Assembly: GCA_963850305.1 (NCBI GenBank)
Contig: CAWKKR010000008.1
Location: forward strand, 1,440,001-1,504,000
Direction of reading: 5' to 3'
Source of the DNA: an uncultured delta proteobacterium
Lineage (GTDB): Bacteria > Myxococcota_A > Polyangia > Polyangiales > Polyangiaceae
Length of the DNA: 64,000 nt
Shown: one piece after another, positions 37,364 through 48,086 of the stretch
Layout of the letters: every line of letters starts with the position of its first letter
How positions within the stretch are numbered: position 1 is the stretch's first letter
The notes under the pieces: generated by a model
The model's input: the letters and a program-made list of their open reading frames with translations, nothing else
Database searches by the model: none
Told to the model about the DNA's origin: nothing
Translations under genes and position numbers: made by a program

Positions 37364-40300
37364 TTGCGTCGGCTCATCCTGATCTCGCCCAACTTGCTGC
37401 GCGTGGCGCGGTGGACGTCACGCGTCGTCGCGGCTGCGGTCCTTCTCGGCCTATTGACGCTCTCGCTCGGAGTTCATTCTCTCGACCAGCCGTGGGTCAA
37501 GCGCCACGTGCTGTCGCTGGTCCGGAGCACGACGGGTATCGATCTCGATTATCGGTCGGTGCGCGTCGGATTGCTTTCTTTCGTCGACATCGACGATATC
37601 CTGGTGCGGTCACCCGCACGCGTGCGCGGTGTCGCTCCCGAGCTCGCTCGCATCGGGCACGTCGAAGCGCGATGGTCCCTCGGCTCCATTTTTCACGAGG
37701 GTCCCTACATCAGCCGCGTCACGGTGTCCGGCGTGGCGCTGACGGTCGTCATCGACGAGCACGGCACGACGTCCTTCGATCTGCTTTCTCCCGCGACCGG
37801 TGGACCACCGGCGCCGGCCGTGCCGCTGTCGCACCAGCCAGCCTCGTTTCTCGGAAAGGCGCTCCCGATCGGTTCGATCGACGTCCGCAACGTCACGATG
37901 GCCGTCATTCGAACCGACCATGGTCGCGCGCGCGACCGTGCGAAGCTCTCCGGGGTTTCCGCGGCCGTGAGTACGGAGACCGTACCGAAAGGTTCGCGCA
38001 TCAGAGCTCATCTCGGTTCGCCGGACGCGCCGCTCGCTCTTCACCTGACGGTGGACCGTGAGGGAGCGCCCGAAGGCACGCTGGAAGCGAAGCTCTGGCT
38101 CACTCTCGAAGCGTCGCCCACGCTGGCGCACGTGATCGTGGACTTTCGCGTGCTGGAGCAAACCTTTCTGGCGGACTTTCACGTCGGAGATCCGGTTCAT
38201 GTGGAGGCGAGCGCGCGTTTCGATCCAGTCGGAGGCAAGACGGAGCTGACGGTCGACCGCACGACGGTGGGCAACGGAGCCGCGACAGCGGCCGCCTCGG
38301 TGGAGGTCCCGGATTCGGGTGCGCCCCTGGTGAGACACGCGGAGGGCGATATGGACCTGGCGCTGCTGCTGCGCTGTCTCCCTCCAGGTCTCATCCCGGT
38401 CAGCCTCGAACGCGCTCGAGTCCGTTACGACATCGAGTCCTTGGTGGCCGATGCGCGTCCGCGGCTGTCCGACGGCGGCAAGATCGATCTCGATGCGGAT
38501 CTCGCCAACGTGAAGGTCGCGCTCACCGGCGGTGCGGTCCAGTTCGACGAGGCCAAGTTCACTCTTCACGGCCATGCGAAGGACGGGAACATAGCGTTTC
38601 AAGGTGCGACCGAGGTTTCGAGGCTGGTGTCCGAGAGTCCGCCGATCAACGTCGACCACGTCACGGTCGGCTTCGACGGGGAGCCCCGAGCGGACCGCGC
38701 AATGGAGGGTCACGTCGATGTTCGTTTCACGCGCCTGGACGTCGGCGGCCCGTCGCCGCTCGGCGCGCGGGAGGGCCATGCGAAACTCCAGGTTCAGGGT
38801 CTGCGAGTGGACCCGCAAAAGCCTCTGGAGGCGCAAGGTGACGTCGCCCTCTCGGCGGATGTGCGGTCGATCGACGTGCGGTTCGGGCGGGCGCAGGCCG
38901 TCGTCGATGGATGGGCCTTTCACGCGCACGCGAATCTCGACGGACGCACTCCGTACGCCGTCGACTTCGGAACGTCGGCGTCACGCCTTCGAGCGAGCGA
39001 CGCGGAAGGGCGCATGCTCGCCGATGCGCCGGTGCGCGTCGACGCTCGACTGGGAGACGTCTATCCCAACCTCGACCGTCCCGCGGCCAGTCGCGGGACG
39101 GTGCATGGTAAGCTCAGCCTGGGCCAGCTCGAAGCGACGCTCGATTCGAAGAAGGACGTGGACGCGGCCGACTTCACCTTGCACCTCGTGGCGGCCAGCC
39201 TGGCTCAGGTGCGGCCGTTTCTGCCCGCGAATGTCGCGAACGAAGCCCCGTGGGCTCGCATCGCCGTGGACGTGCGGACCACCGGGCGCGTGGAGCGGCT
39301 CACGTCGCCGAATCCGAGCGTGAAGCAGAGCATGGAGGTTCACGCCGATGGGCCCGCGTTCGGGAACGTGAAGGCGAAATCCTTGACGCTGTCGCTGCAC
39401 TCGAACGGCGACACGCTCCGCCACTCCGCCGATGCGGAGCTCCACGTCCAGGGGCTCGCCGTCGGGGATGGGGCTTCGAGTGACGACGGAGCGACGCTCT
39501 CGGTTTCGGTCGATCGCCAGGCGCCGTCGCTGCACATCGAGCTCGGCACGACCGGTCTCGCGACGTCGAAGGGGTCGGCGTCGCTGTCGTTCGACCGTGC
39601 GCGCCGCGTGGTCAAGTACGACGTGGCGGGCAGCCTGTCCGGCCTCTCGCCGCTCGCGAAGGCGGCGTCCATGTCGCGAGGCTTCGACGGATTCGATCTC
39701 TCGAAGGTCGCACTCTCGTTCGCCGCCCAAGGGGAGTTGCTCGGCGCCGTTTCGACTCTCACGAGCGACGGCATTCTGGTGCCCGCCCCGCACTTCACGC
39801 GCACTGCCGGCATCGAGGGTACGGCTGACTGGAAGGCGTCCGACCTGAATTTCACCAGTGGTGGCACCGTGCTCGCCATCCCCTCCGCGGAGTGGCGCGG
39901 CGTATTCCATGTCGCCGGCGCGCGCCGCACCGTGGAGAGTCATCTCGACGTTGGCTCGTTCCATCTCGTGGCCGGACCAAACAGGCTGGACGTCCATGGG
40001 CTCTCCGACCGAGCTTCCGCCACCGTCACCGGGGACTTGCGGGATCCCGAAGCAGAGGTCGCCGACCGCCTGAGTATACGCGGTGTACATCAGGACATCG
40101 TGCCCGGGTATCCCACGGGCAATCTTTCGTTCACGCTCGCGGCCGAGCGGGACTCCGAAGGGGTCGTACACGTTTCCGACCTGAAACTCGTGAACGGGGA
40201 TGGCGGGACGACGCTGGCGCTGACGGGCGCGATCGATCTGGCCGCTCGTCGCCACCGGCTCTCGATCAGCGCCGATCTGACCCAGGAGCTCGCGTCGCTT

Positions 40301-41188
40301 TCCAGAGTGCCCAAGCTCTTCGTGGGTCGTGGCCTGGTGACGCTCGATGCGACGGTGGAGTCACCGGACCTCGCGCTCTTCCGAACGCGCGTCGATCTCA
40401 AGGCAAATGACGTTCATGCGCAAGTCCCACTCGAGGGCGTGGACGTCGAATCGGTCGACGCGAAGATCCCGATCACGATGACCCTCGAAGTCCGTCGGGA
40501 CACCGCAACGGGCAAGCTGAGCGTCAACATCCGCCATGACGAGCAGCACAATCCGTATTCGATGCTCCGCTTTGCGGATCAACACCCGTTGATCAGCCGC
40601 ACGGGATTTCTTTCCATCGATCGCGTGAAGACGCGCCTCGTCTCGATCGCGCCGCTCGTCGGTAACCTCGCCGTCGAGCAAAATGTGATGTCGCTCCGGC
40701 AATTCGAGATGGGGATCCGCGGGGGGAGAGTCACGGGGCAATGCGCGCTCGACTGGGATGGGCCGAAGTCGACGCTCGTGTTTCACGTGCGCGCGACCGG
40801 CGTCAGATCCACGCACGGCGAACCGTTCGACGGCAACATGGCCGTGGCTTTCTCCGCGAGCGATCGCACGGTCGAAGGTCGCGCCGACATCGTCCGCATC
40901 GGCCCTCGGCACCTGCTCGATCTTCTCGACATGCAGGACCCGATGCACGTGGATCCCACGATGAACCGCGTTCGAACGGCCCTTGCTTTCGGGTACCCGG
41001 ATCGGATGCGTCTGGTATTCCAGCACGGGTTCGTCAGTGCGAAACTGGAGCTGGGGGGGCTGGCGAGTCTCGTCAGCATCGACGAGATACGCGGAATCCC
41101 CATGGGACCCATCGTCGACCACATCATGTCGCGAATCCGCCAGGCGTCACGGAAATCCGAGGACTCGGAAAAGGACGATGAGGAATGA
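37364..41188 (+). CDS. Large AsmA/TamB/YdbH-like intermembrane bridge protein
   Basis: 1274 aa; single N-terminal TM anchor followed by a long beta-strand-rich body; followed by a DUF1318-like gene. Confidence 0.68.
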   Translation: MRRLILISPNLLRVARWTSRVVAAAVLLGLLTLSLGVHSLDQPWVKRHVLSLVRSTTGIDLDYRSVRVGLLSFVDIDDILVRSPARVRGVAPELARIGHVEARWSLGSIFHEGPYISRVTVSGVALTVVIDEHGTTSFDLLSPATGGPPAPAVPLSHQPASFLGKALPIGSIDVRNVTMAVIRTDHGRARDRAKLSGVSAAVSTETVPKGSRIRAHLGSPDAPLALHLTVDREGAPEGTLEAKLWLTLEASPTLAHVIVDFRVLEQTFLADFHVGDPVHVEASARFDPVGGKTELTVDRTTVGNGAATAAASVEVPDSGAPLVRHAEGDMDLALLLRCLPPGLIPVSLERARVRYDIESLVADARPRLSDGGKIDLDADLANVKVALTGGAVQFDEAKFTLHGHAKDGNIAFQGATEVSRLVSESPPINVDHVTVGFDGEPRADRAMEGHVDVRFTRLDVGGPSPLGAREGHAKLQVQGLRVDPQKPLEAQGDVALSADVRSIDVRFGRAQAVVDGWAFHAHANLDGRTPYAVDFGTSASRLRASDAEGRMLADAPVRVDARLGDVYPNLDRPAASRGTVHGKLSLGQLEATLDSKKDVDAADFTLHLVAASLAQVRPFLPANVANEAPWARIAVDVRTTGRVERLTSPNPSVKQSMEVHADGPAFGNVKAKSLTLSLHSNGDTLRHSADAELHVQGLAVGDGASSDDGATLSVSVDRQAPSLHIELGTTGLATSKGSASLSFDRARRVVKYDVAGSLSGLSPLAKAASMSRGFDGFDLSKVALSFAAQGELLGAVSTLTSDGILVPAPHFTRTAGIEGTADWKASDLNFTSGGTVLAIPSAEWRGVFHVAGARRTVESHLDVGSFHLVAGPNRLDVHGLSDRASATVTGDLRDPEAEVADRLSIRGVHQDIVPGYPTGNLSFTLAAERDSEGVVHVSDLKLVNGDGGTTLALTGAIDLAARRHRLSISADLTQELASLSRVPKLFVGRGLVTLDATVESPDLALFRTRVDLKANDVHAQVPLEGVDVESVDAKIPITMTLEVRRDTATGKLSVNIRHDEQHNPYSMLRFADQHPLISRTGFLSIDRVKTRLVSIAPLVGNLAVEQNVMSLRQFEMGIRGGRVTGQCALDWDGPKSTLVFHVRATGVRSTHGEPFDGNMAVAFSASDRTVEGRADIVRIGPRHLLDLLDMQDPMHVDPTMNRVRTALAFGYPDRMRLVFQHGFVSAKLELGGLASLVSIDEIRGIPMGPIVDHIMSRIRQASRKSEDSEKDDEE

Positions 41189-41724
41189 ACCGGCCCTACG
41201 TGCTTTCGCTCCTTGCCGCGGTCGCGGTCTCTGGTTGCTTCAAGTCCGAGATCGTCGTGCCCGATCATGCGACGGCTCTCGAGCAGGAAGCAGCGGGCTC
41301 CTTTGCCGCTACCGACGACAGGCTGAACCGCGCCGGTATCGAACCGCGCCCGGTGCCACTGACGCCGGATCAGATCGCGACGCTCGGACTTTCGCCGCCG
41401 TCGCTCGTGGACGGATTGGACGAGACCAGCGCCGATCGGCTCGACGGATTGCTCGTGCAGCATTGTGTGGGAGAGGGAGCGGACGGCTTGATCGCCAACA
41501 CGCACGACGCCTGCCAGGGCGCCGCGGACCCCGACGAGGTTCAGCCCCTGATCGATGGGGTGAACCGCGCTCGCCGCTTGCTGTTCCGGTTCATGCACGA
41601 CCAGCGCCCCGACGTCTCCGAGAGCGATCTGCGGAAGGCGTGGCACGCGGCTCACATGATATCCGTGGTCTGCGGCGGATGGCTCGAGAGCGACGACGGC
41701 AAATGGGGGCCGAAGAAATGCTGA
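41185..41724 (+). CDS. DUF1318 (YdbL-like) lipoprotein
   Basis: Lipobox VSGC; VGEGADGLI, VNRARR, GGWLE..DGKW..K match the YdbL pattern; ATGA overlap. Confidence 0.72.
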   Translation: MNRPYVLSLLAAVAVSGCFKSEIVVPDHATALEQEAAGSFAATDDRLNRAGIEPRPVPLTPDQIATLGLSPPSLVDGLDETSADRLDGLLVQHCVGEGADGLIANTHDACQGAADPDEVQPLIDGVNRARRLLFRFMHDQRPDVSESDLRKAWHAAHMISVVCGGWLESDDGKWGPKKC

Positions 41725-44700
41725 CACCGCGCTCCGTACTGGGGGTCGTCTTCGCACTGGGTCTTTCGATAATCTCCGGATCGGTGTTCGCGCAGGACGA
41801 CGAACCCGACGACGATCTGCATCGTCCCGATCGCCTGACGGTCGGGGTCGCCGACGATCTGCTCGGCCAGCTCGCTCCCGACGGAAAGACGCTCTACTTC
41901 GTCTCGAATCGAGACACGACGAACCAGCTCTTCGCGCAGGACCAGGAGTCCGGACGCGAGAAGCTGCTCTTCGACGACGACGCGGACGTCACCTGGCCGC
42001 GCGTCAGTCCCGACGGAAAATTGCTCCTTTATATTTCGTTCGGCGAGAACGCCTCGGGCGAGCTCTGCGTGCGGAGGTTGCCGGACGGCGATGAGCGACG
42101 CTGTCTCGAGGACACCTCGGCAGCGCTGCAAGCGGAGTGGATCGACACCCACCGGATTGTGCTCGTCGGTCGTCAATCCATCCAGGGCGATCTCCGCATC
42201 TCCGAAGTGAGCGTCAGCCAGTCGCTCTCCGCGCGCGCCTTGTTCGATCGGAACGTGACGAGTCCTGCGGTCTCGCCGGACGGGCGCGTTTTCGTTTACG
42301 CCCCGCTCGAGCGCTCGACCGACGCGGTGGGACCCGCGTTCGCCGCGCACGCCGCGTCACATCTCGAGGCCGTGTTGCTCGGAGCGCCCAGCACGCCGTC
42401 GGTCATCACCCTGGACCTGCCGGGAGTGACGGGCCAGCCCGTCTTTTCTCGGGACGGCCGTTACCTTTTCTTCGTGCAGTTCTTTTTCGATTCGAACCGC
42501 GACGGAGTGATCGATGCGAGCGACGTCGGCGTGCTCTTTCGGGCGCCCATTTCGTTCAAGGGCAACGTACCCACGCTCGGCTTCGCCGAGCAGCTGACGG
42601 ACACGTCGTGGAACTGCGAGTATCCCGCGCCGTCCGCGACGAAGCTCATCGCCACGTGTTCCAAGAACGGGGATCTCGACATTTTTTCCCTGCCGCTCAG
42701 CGGTGAGGTCCGATCCGAGTGGACCGTGGACGACCTGACGGCCCAGATCGATTCTGCGAGTTCTCGCGTCGTACAGCAGCTCCTGTCGCGGCGCAGGCTC
42801 GGTCTGCAGACGACGCCGGTCCTGCGACGGCGGGGAATGATGAAGCTTGCGATGCTTCACCTGGACCTCGACGAGTTTCGCGCGGCCGAGTTCTACGCGA
42901 GGCGCATCGCCACGCTTCGCGCCCCGGGGACGGCAGGCATCTCCGCGCCGCTCTTGGCGCTCGTCGATCAGCGGCGGGCCTGGCGGGAAAGGGAGCGGGG
43001 CCGCATGATGGCGCCGTTCCGTCCTGCAGCGCGAAAGCGCCTCGATGAACTTCAGCCGAAAGCAACCGCGAGTCCGATGGCCGTCGCGCTGACCCATGTC
43101 GTGAGAAGCGAGATCGCGAGCTCGATCGGGGACGAGACCCAGGCCCGGGCGGAGCTCGACGCGGTGAAGCTGGACGAGGAGACGCCCGAGTCCATCATCG
43201 ACCAATACTACCGGCGCGCGGATGCCCTTTACCGGCACCTCGACGACCGCGAGGCCCTCATTTCCGTATGTTCGCGCCTCGCCGGCATGGAGACGTTGCC
43301 CCCTGACACGCGGCTCCGCTACGCGCGCGCCGCGGTACGTGCGATGGTGCGCGGTCTCCCCTTCGGCGACGCGCTGGCGCGTGTCGTGCGCGAACGCGGG
43401 TCCGCTTCGAACGACTCGGAGCTGGCCTTTGCTCTCGACGTGGAGCGCGAAGTGCTGGCCATCGAGCCAGGGAAGACGACCGGGATGAGCAACGAGCTCA
43501 CTGCGCTCTACCTGCGGCAGTCGCGTCCGGGCCGGCGTCGCGCGATGGTGGACGAGACCGTCCGGCGAGCGACCCTCGTGGGTGCGTCCGGCGTGGTCGA
43601 CTCGCTTGCGCAGCTGAACATCGAGACCGTCAAGAAAGGAACGGGGGAGCGGCGGACGGCCGAACGCCTTTATCGCCGCGTGTTGACGGCCCGCGCATTC
43701 CACCGGAAAGCGGAGGGACGCTTCGACGAGGCGCGCGCCGACTTCGACGCCATGGTGAGGGAGACGGGATCCCTGGAGGCCGTCGTGGGCGCGATCGACA
43801 TGCGCCTCAAGATGGGCGTTCGTCCGGCGGAAATCGAGGCTTTCTACTCCAAGAAGGACGGCGACCCCGCGCGGTCGCATTTCGCGAAAGCGTACTTGAT
43901 CGCGAGGCAGCTCCCGAAGCTCGACGGTTCCGTGCAAGTCGAGAAGGCGAACGATGCGCTGAAGATGCTCCGCGGCTCCTGGGCGGATCTCCTGCACTAC
44001 CGTATCGTGCAGGCACTCTACGGGGCATTGCTACACGAGGAGTACCTCCGGACGAGAGATCTCGGATCGGCGGAAGAAGCCAATCTCCACTATCTCGTGG
44101 CGCTGCAACTCATGGGCAAGAACCCACGCTTTCGCGCGATGATCCTCGGCGAGCTCGGTCTACTCCAGACGGAGGTCGGGAATTTTCGGATCGCGCTCGG
44201 CTATCTGCTCGAACGCGACAAGATTCCCTACACGGACAGTGCCGAAGGCCTCGCCGTCCATCTTGCGAAGGCGCGCGCGCTACTCCACGCCGACCGCGAA
44301 GCGGAATCGGCCACGACCGCGGACGAGGCCCTCGCCATGATCGCTCGAAAGCCAGGGCTCGAACGCTACAGGCTGCTCGCCCTCGACCGCGCAGCGCTCG
44401 ACCACTTCGCTGCGGGGGATTACTCCCGCGCCGTGGCGCTCTACGATACCGAGATACCGCTTCTCGACGGTCCGCGCGGCCCAGCCGCCGACCGCAATCG
44501 GTTCGTCACGCGCCTGATGCGCGCTGCCGCGGCCATCCGTGCCGGTGCTCCGGCCCGCGCGCTCGACGATCTCGCCTTCGTGGATCGACAGCTCGCCACA
44601 CCCGGCTTCGGCGCGGCCGTCGTCTGGCCGCACGCGTCGCCAGAGCACGTCGTGGAGTCCTATCGGCTCATCGCGGCGGGGCTGCGCGCCGCCGCTGATC

Positions 44701-45167
44701 GCAGACTCGGCCGGTTCGACGCCGAGACGGCGGCGCTGACCGAACGTCGCGCCATCCTCGCCGAGCGTTTCGCTAGTACGAAGCGCACCGACGGGGAAAA
44801 GAGACTGATGGCGGTGGACGCGGAGCTCGGGCAGAGCGCGAACGACCGCCACGATCTCGCGGCGATGCGCTCCTTCATCGGGGAAGCGCTCGCCCATGCC
44901 GACGATCTGCACGCGCGCGCGCACGAGGAATTCAGCAAGGAACAACTCAACGTGCTCATGCTCGCCTCCAAGCTCAGCGTCGCGACGCGCGCGCCCGTGG
45001 TTCCGGATCTCCCCGCGCGCCTACGAACCGCGGTGCACGATCTGAGCGACCGCCCCGCGCTGCGGTACTACGAACGATGGCTCGAGATCTACCAGGCCCT
45101 GACGGGCCCGGCCGGTTCGAGCTCGGGCGCACCGGTGGCGCTCTCGCCGCCGGCCACCGAGCGCTAG
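41718..45167 (+). CDS. Exported PD40/TolB-like beta-propeller + TPR-like helical protein
   Basis: Signal peptide from MLTPR; PDGKTLYFVSNR, SPDGK, SPDGR, SRDGR repeats; DSNRDGVIDASD Ca-loop; long helical C-terminal region. Confidence 0.8.
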   Translation: MLTPRSVLGVVFALGLSIISGSVFAQDDEPDDDLHRPDRLTVGVADDLLGQLAPDGKTLYFVSNRDTTNQLFAQDQESGREKLLFDDDADVTWPRVSPDGKLLLYISFGENASGELCVRRLPDGDERRCLEDTSAALQAEWIDTHRIVLVGRQSIQGDLRISEVSVSQSLSARALFDRNVTSPAVSPDGRVFVYAPLERSTDAVGPAFAAHAASHLEAVLLGAPSTPSVITLDLPGVTGQPVFSRDGRYLFFVQFFFDSNRDGVIDASDVGVLFRAPISFKGNVPTLGFAEQLTDTSWNCEYPAPSATKLIATCSKNGDLDIFSLPLSGEVRSEWTVDDLTAQIDSASSRVVQQLLSRRRLGLQTTPVLRRRGMMKLAMLHLDLDEFRAAEFYARRIATLRAPGTAGISAPLLALVDQRRAWRERERGRMMAPFRPAARKRLDELQPKATASPMAVALTHVVRSEIASSIGDETQARAELDAVKLDEETPESIIDQYYRRADALYRHLDDREALISVCSRLAGMETLPPDTRLRYARAAVRAMVRGLPFGDALARVVRERGSASNDSELAFALDVEREVLAIEPGKTTGMSNELTALYLRQSRPGRRRAMVDETVRRATLVGASGVVDSLAQLNIETVKKGTGERRTAERLYRRVLTARAFHRKAEGRFDEARADFDAMVRETGSLEAVVGAIDMRLKMGVRPAEIEAFYSKKDGDPARSHFAKAYLIARQLPKLDGSVQVEKANDALKMLRGSWADLLHYRIVQALYGALLHEEYLRTRDLGSAEEANLHYLVALQLMGKNPRFRAMILGELGLLQTEVGNFRIALGYLLERDKIPYTDSAEGLAVHLAKARALLHADREAESATTADEALAMIARKPGLERYRLLALDRAALDHFAAGDYSRAVALYDTEIPLLDGPRGPAADRNRFVTRLMRAAAAIRAGAPARALDDLAFVDRQLATPGFGAAVVWPHASPEHVVESYRLIAAGLRAAADRRLGRFDAETAALTERRAILAERFASTKRTDGEKRLMAVDAELGQSANDRHDLAAMRSFIGEALAHADDLHARAHEEFSKEQLNVLMLASKLSVATRAPVVPDLPARLRTAVHDLSDRPALRYYERWLEIYQALTGPAGSSSGAPVALSPPATER

Positions 45168-45225
45168 CACTACGGCCAGAGACTCGCGGACTCCCTCGTA
45201 AGGCGCGAGCGGGCGCGCCCGTGCT

Positions 45226-47337
45226 TCAAATCCTTATCGACCCCAGGACGACGAGCCAGTTGTGCGTCGCGTGGACCGCGAGGCACGGCGCGAGAGAGGA
45301 AGTCGCCGCGTAGAGCGCACCCGCGATCAATCCGACGGGAAAGACGGCGAGAAACGAGATGGCCGGGTGAACCGATGCGAACGCGAGCGCAGCGATGACC
45401 GGCGCGATCCACTTCCCGCGCGCGTCGAGCTCATGGGCTACCGCGTGCTGGAGCCATCCACGGAAGAAGAGCTCCTCGGCGAGCGGCGCCGCGACACCGG
45501 CGGTGAGCGCGAACGCGATCTGTCCGGCGTGACTCGCGTGCTGCATCGTCGCGGTCGGATCGGGGTGAAGGACGTGCCCGACCAGGAACCGCGCGAAGAA
45601 CGCCGTCGCGGTCCCGCCTGCGAGACCGAGAACCACGGCCAGCGGGTTCTTCGGCCAGAACCTGAGCGGTGCGAGCTCGCGCCGACCGTAGGCAACGAGG
45701 ACGGCGAGTACGATTGCAGACGCGCCATAACTCCCCGCCGCGATGAAGCCGCCGTCGTGCGTGAAGCTCACGAGAAATCGCGCGGCGAGGACCTGCGACG
45801 CCTGAAACGCGGCGAAGGCGAGGGCAGCGCGCCACGCCGGCGTCTCGCGCTCGAAGTCTTCGCCGTCGTCCAGCCACCGGACGACCCGCGTCGCGGCACG
45901 GCGAGCTTCGAGCGCGACGAGGGCGAGCGCGATCATCGGCACGATGGCTTGCCACGGCTTGTCGGCGAACAAGATGGCCATGAGGGGCGTCAGCAAGAGC
46001 AGAGACTCGAGGCGTAGCGTGCCGCCCGGCTGCACCCGGTTATTCTGCACGCCGCCCGTGAGGAACGCGACGGACACGGCCGCGCTCCCGTAGATCCACG
46101 CGGCGAGCGCGACGATGCCTCCGCGCCATGCGATCTCGCCGATGATCCTCGACGGCATCGGTGTCAGGAGCGCGAGCGCGAGCGGAAAGAGTCCGAGAAA
46201 GATCCGGCGCCGGACGACGGCGACCTTGCCGTCGATGAGGTCGCGCGGCTCGATCGGAAGCGCGGCGAGGAACGGCCGCGCCACGAGATCGCGACTCACC
46301 GCGCGGGACGCGAGGCCCGCGACGCTCACGAGCGCCATGTAACCGGTCCATCCCACGAAGAAATGCGGCAGGAAGTGGACGAAGGCGCTGTCGAGGACGC
46401 TCCCGGTCATGAACAGTGCGGCCATCCCGACGAGCGGCATCGCCCCGAAGAGCAGGAACGGCCAGCGCCGTCCTCCGGGTTCCCTTCGCGCGAGCAGCTC
46501 GTCGATGGGACCCACCGTGAGCTCGTGCGTTTCGGCGCGCGTGAACTTCTTGCGCGGGACGACCTCGGCCTGATCGTAGCCCACCCGCTCGGCGAGCATG
46601 AGCGCCACCACGCCGAAAACGAAGAGCCCGCCGGTGAAGGCGAACGCCGCGGCGAGTCCACCGTCTCCGGCCAGCGGTCTCGCTAGCGGCGCCAGGAAGA
46701 ACGGGTGCACCCGCTTGCCGAGAGTCGCGGTCATGGGACCGATGAACCCGGCCATCAGGAAGAGCGCCTGAACGAACGTCGCGGCCTGCGCGACCGACAT
46801 CGCGCGCTCCGACGGAACGAGAACGAAGGCCCAGCGCATCAGCGCCGCGCCGAGGGTCGATGCGCTGATGGACGCCGCGAGACCGAGCGCGATGGACTCG
46901 CCATGCGGCAGTGACGGCGCCGCGGCCACGAATGCCGCGGCAGTGACGATGTGCGCCAGCGCCACTTCGAGAGACTCGACGAGGGTCCGAGCGCCGTCGT
47001 ACACGGGCAGAGTGTCGAGAAACGGCGACGCGAGCGGCGGCGCCATGCCGCGAAGATTCCTGCTGCGAATGAGCATGCCCCAGCAAGTCGTGAAGCCGAG
47101 CACCGAAAGGACGAGCCACTCCACCGAGGGAACGCCTGCTGCCGCGGAAGTCAGACTCATCGAACCGATCGCCTTGCCGATCTCGGCGTAGATCACGACC
47201 GCCGCGACTCGAACGAGGAATGCGGAACCCTTGCGGAGCCGTTCGACGCGCGCACCCGGCAACCCCGAACGCAGCCAGTGGCGCACGAGAAGTCCGACGA
47301 AGGCTCGAGCCTGGCGAAACGGTGCAGCAGAGGTCAT
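45226..47337 (-). CDS. ABC-exporter-like multi-TM permease fused to a CPBP (Abi/CAAX) intramembrane metalloprotease
   Basis: Many TM helices; C-terminal EELFFRG, FASVH, HATHN CPBP motifs; ATGA overlap with the ABC ATPase. Confidence 0.8.
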   Translation of the reverse strand: MTSAAPFRQARAFVGLLVRHWLRSGLPGARVERLRKGSAFLVRVAAVVIYAEIGKAIGSMSLTSAAAGVPSVEWLVLSVLGFTTCWGMLIRSRNLRGMAPPLASPFLDTLPVYDGARTLVESLEVALAHIVTAAAFVAAAPSLPHGESIALGLAASISASTLGAALMRWAFVLVPSERAMSVAQAATFVQALFLMAGFIGPMTATLGKRVHPFFLAPLARPLAGDGGLAAAFAFTGGLFVFGVVALMLAERVGYDQAEVVPRKKFTRAETHELTVGPIDELLARREPGGRRWPFLLFGAMPLVGMAALFMTGSVLDSAFVHFLPHFFVGWTGYMALVSVAGLASRAVSRDLVARPFLAALPIEPRDLIDGKVAVVRRRIFLGLFPLALALLTPMPSRIIGEIAWRGGIVALAAWIYGSAAVSVAFLTGGVQNNRVQPGGTLRLESLLLLTPLMAILFADKPWQAIVPMIALALVALEARRAATRVVRWLDDGEDFERETPAWRAALAFAAFQASQVLAARFLVSFTHDGGFIAAGSYGASAIVLAVLVAYGRRELAPLRFWPKNPLAVVLGLAGGTATAFFARFLVGHVLHPDPTATMQHASHAGQIAFALTAGVAAPLAEELFFRGWLQHAVAHELDARGKWIAPVIAALAFASVHPAISFLAVFPVGLIAGALYAATSSLAPCLAVHATHNWLVVLGSIRI

Positions 47338-48086
47338 CGGATCAGCCGCAGGAACGCTTCTTCGAGGGTCCCCTCTTCGGGAACTCCGGCCCTGGCGCGG
47401 ACCTGGTCGGGCGTGCCGTCAGCGAGTAGCCGGCCCTTGTCGAGCACGAGGAAGCGTTCGCACAGGCCGTCGGCCATCTCGAGCAGGTGCGTCGAGACGA
47501 CCACCGCGACGCCACTCGCCGCGAGACCACGCAGGTGCGCCTTCACGAACGCCGAGCTCTGTGGGTCGAGTCCGTTCGTCGGCTCGTCCAGGAGGAGGAC
47601 GCGCGGTTCATGCACGAGCGCGACCAGCAGCGCGAGCTTCTTCTTCGTCCCGTGCGAGTAGCCGCCGACGGACGTCGCGAGCTGCTTCTCGAACTCGAGC
47701 CCGGTGACCAGTGGTTCGAGGCGTTGCCAGGCCGCGCTCCGATCGAGCCCGCGCACGTTCGCGACGAAGTCCACCGTCTCTCGTCCCGTGAGAAAGTCGA
47801 AGAACGCCGGCTCGTCCGGGCAGTAGCCGAGGATGAGCTTCACCTCGCGGGCGTCGCGCGTGCAGTCGAGAGCATTCACCGTGGCCGTGCCGCGCGTCGG
47901 CTTCAGCAACCCGAGCACGAGCTTCATCGTCGTCGTCTTGCCGGCGCCGTTCGGCCCGAGGAGCCCCACGATTTCGCCCGCCCCGATCTCGGCCGAGAGC
48001 GAGTGGAGCGCGGGCGTGCCGCCATAATCCTTGCCGAGCGAACGCAGGCTCACCAGCGGCAGGAGCTCGCGCTGGGCGGCCATCAT
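47334..48086 (-). CDS. ABC transporter ATP-binding protein
   Basis: GPNGAGKTT, YSHGTKKK signature, LLLDEPTNGLD, STH; own start MMAAQ at 48086. Confidence 0.93.
   Translation of the reverse strand: MMAAQRELLPLVSLRSLGKDYGGTPALHSLSAEIGAGEIVGLLGPNGAGKTTTMKLVLGLLKPTRGTATVNALDCTRDAREVKLILGYCPDEPAFFDFLTGRETVDFVANVRGLDRSAAWQRLEPLVTGLEFEKQLATSVGGYSHGTKKKLALLVALVHEPRVLLLDEPTNGLDPQSSAFVKAHLRGLAASGVAVVVSTHLLEMADGLCERFLVLDKGRLLADGTPDQVRARAGVPEEGTLEEAFLRLIR

Noticed and set aside
40983..41717. N-terminal 245 aa of the 1394-aa ORF
   Set aside because: It overlaps two other genes out of frame; the signal peptide begins at ATG 41718.
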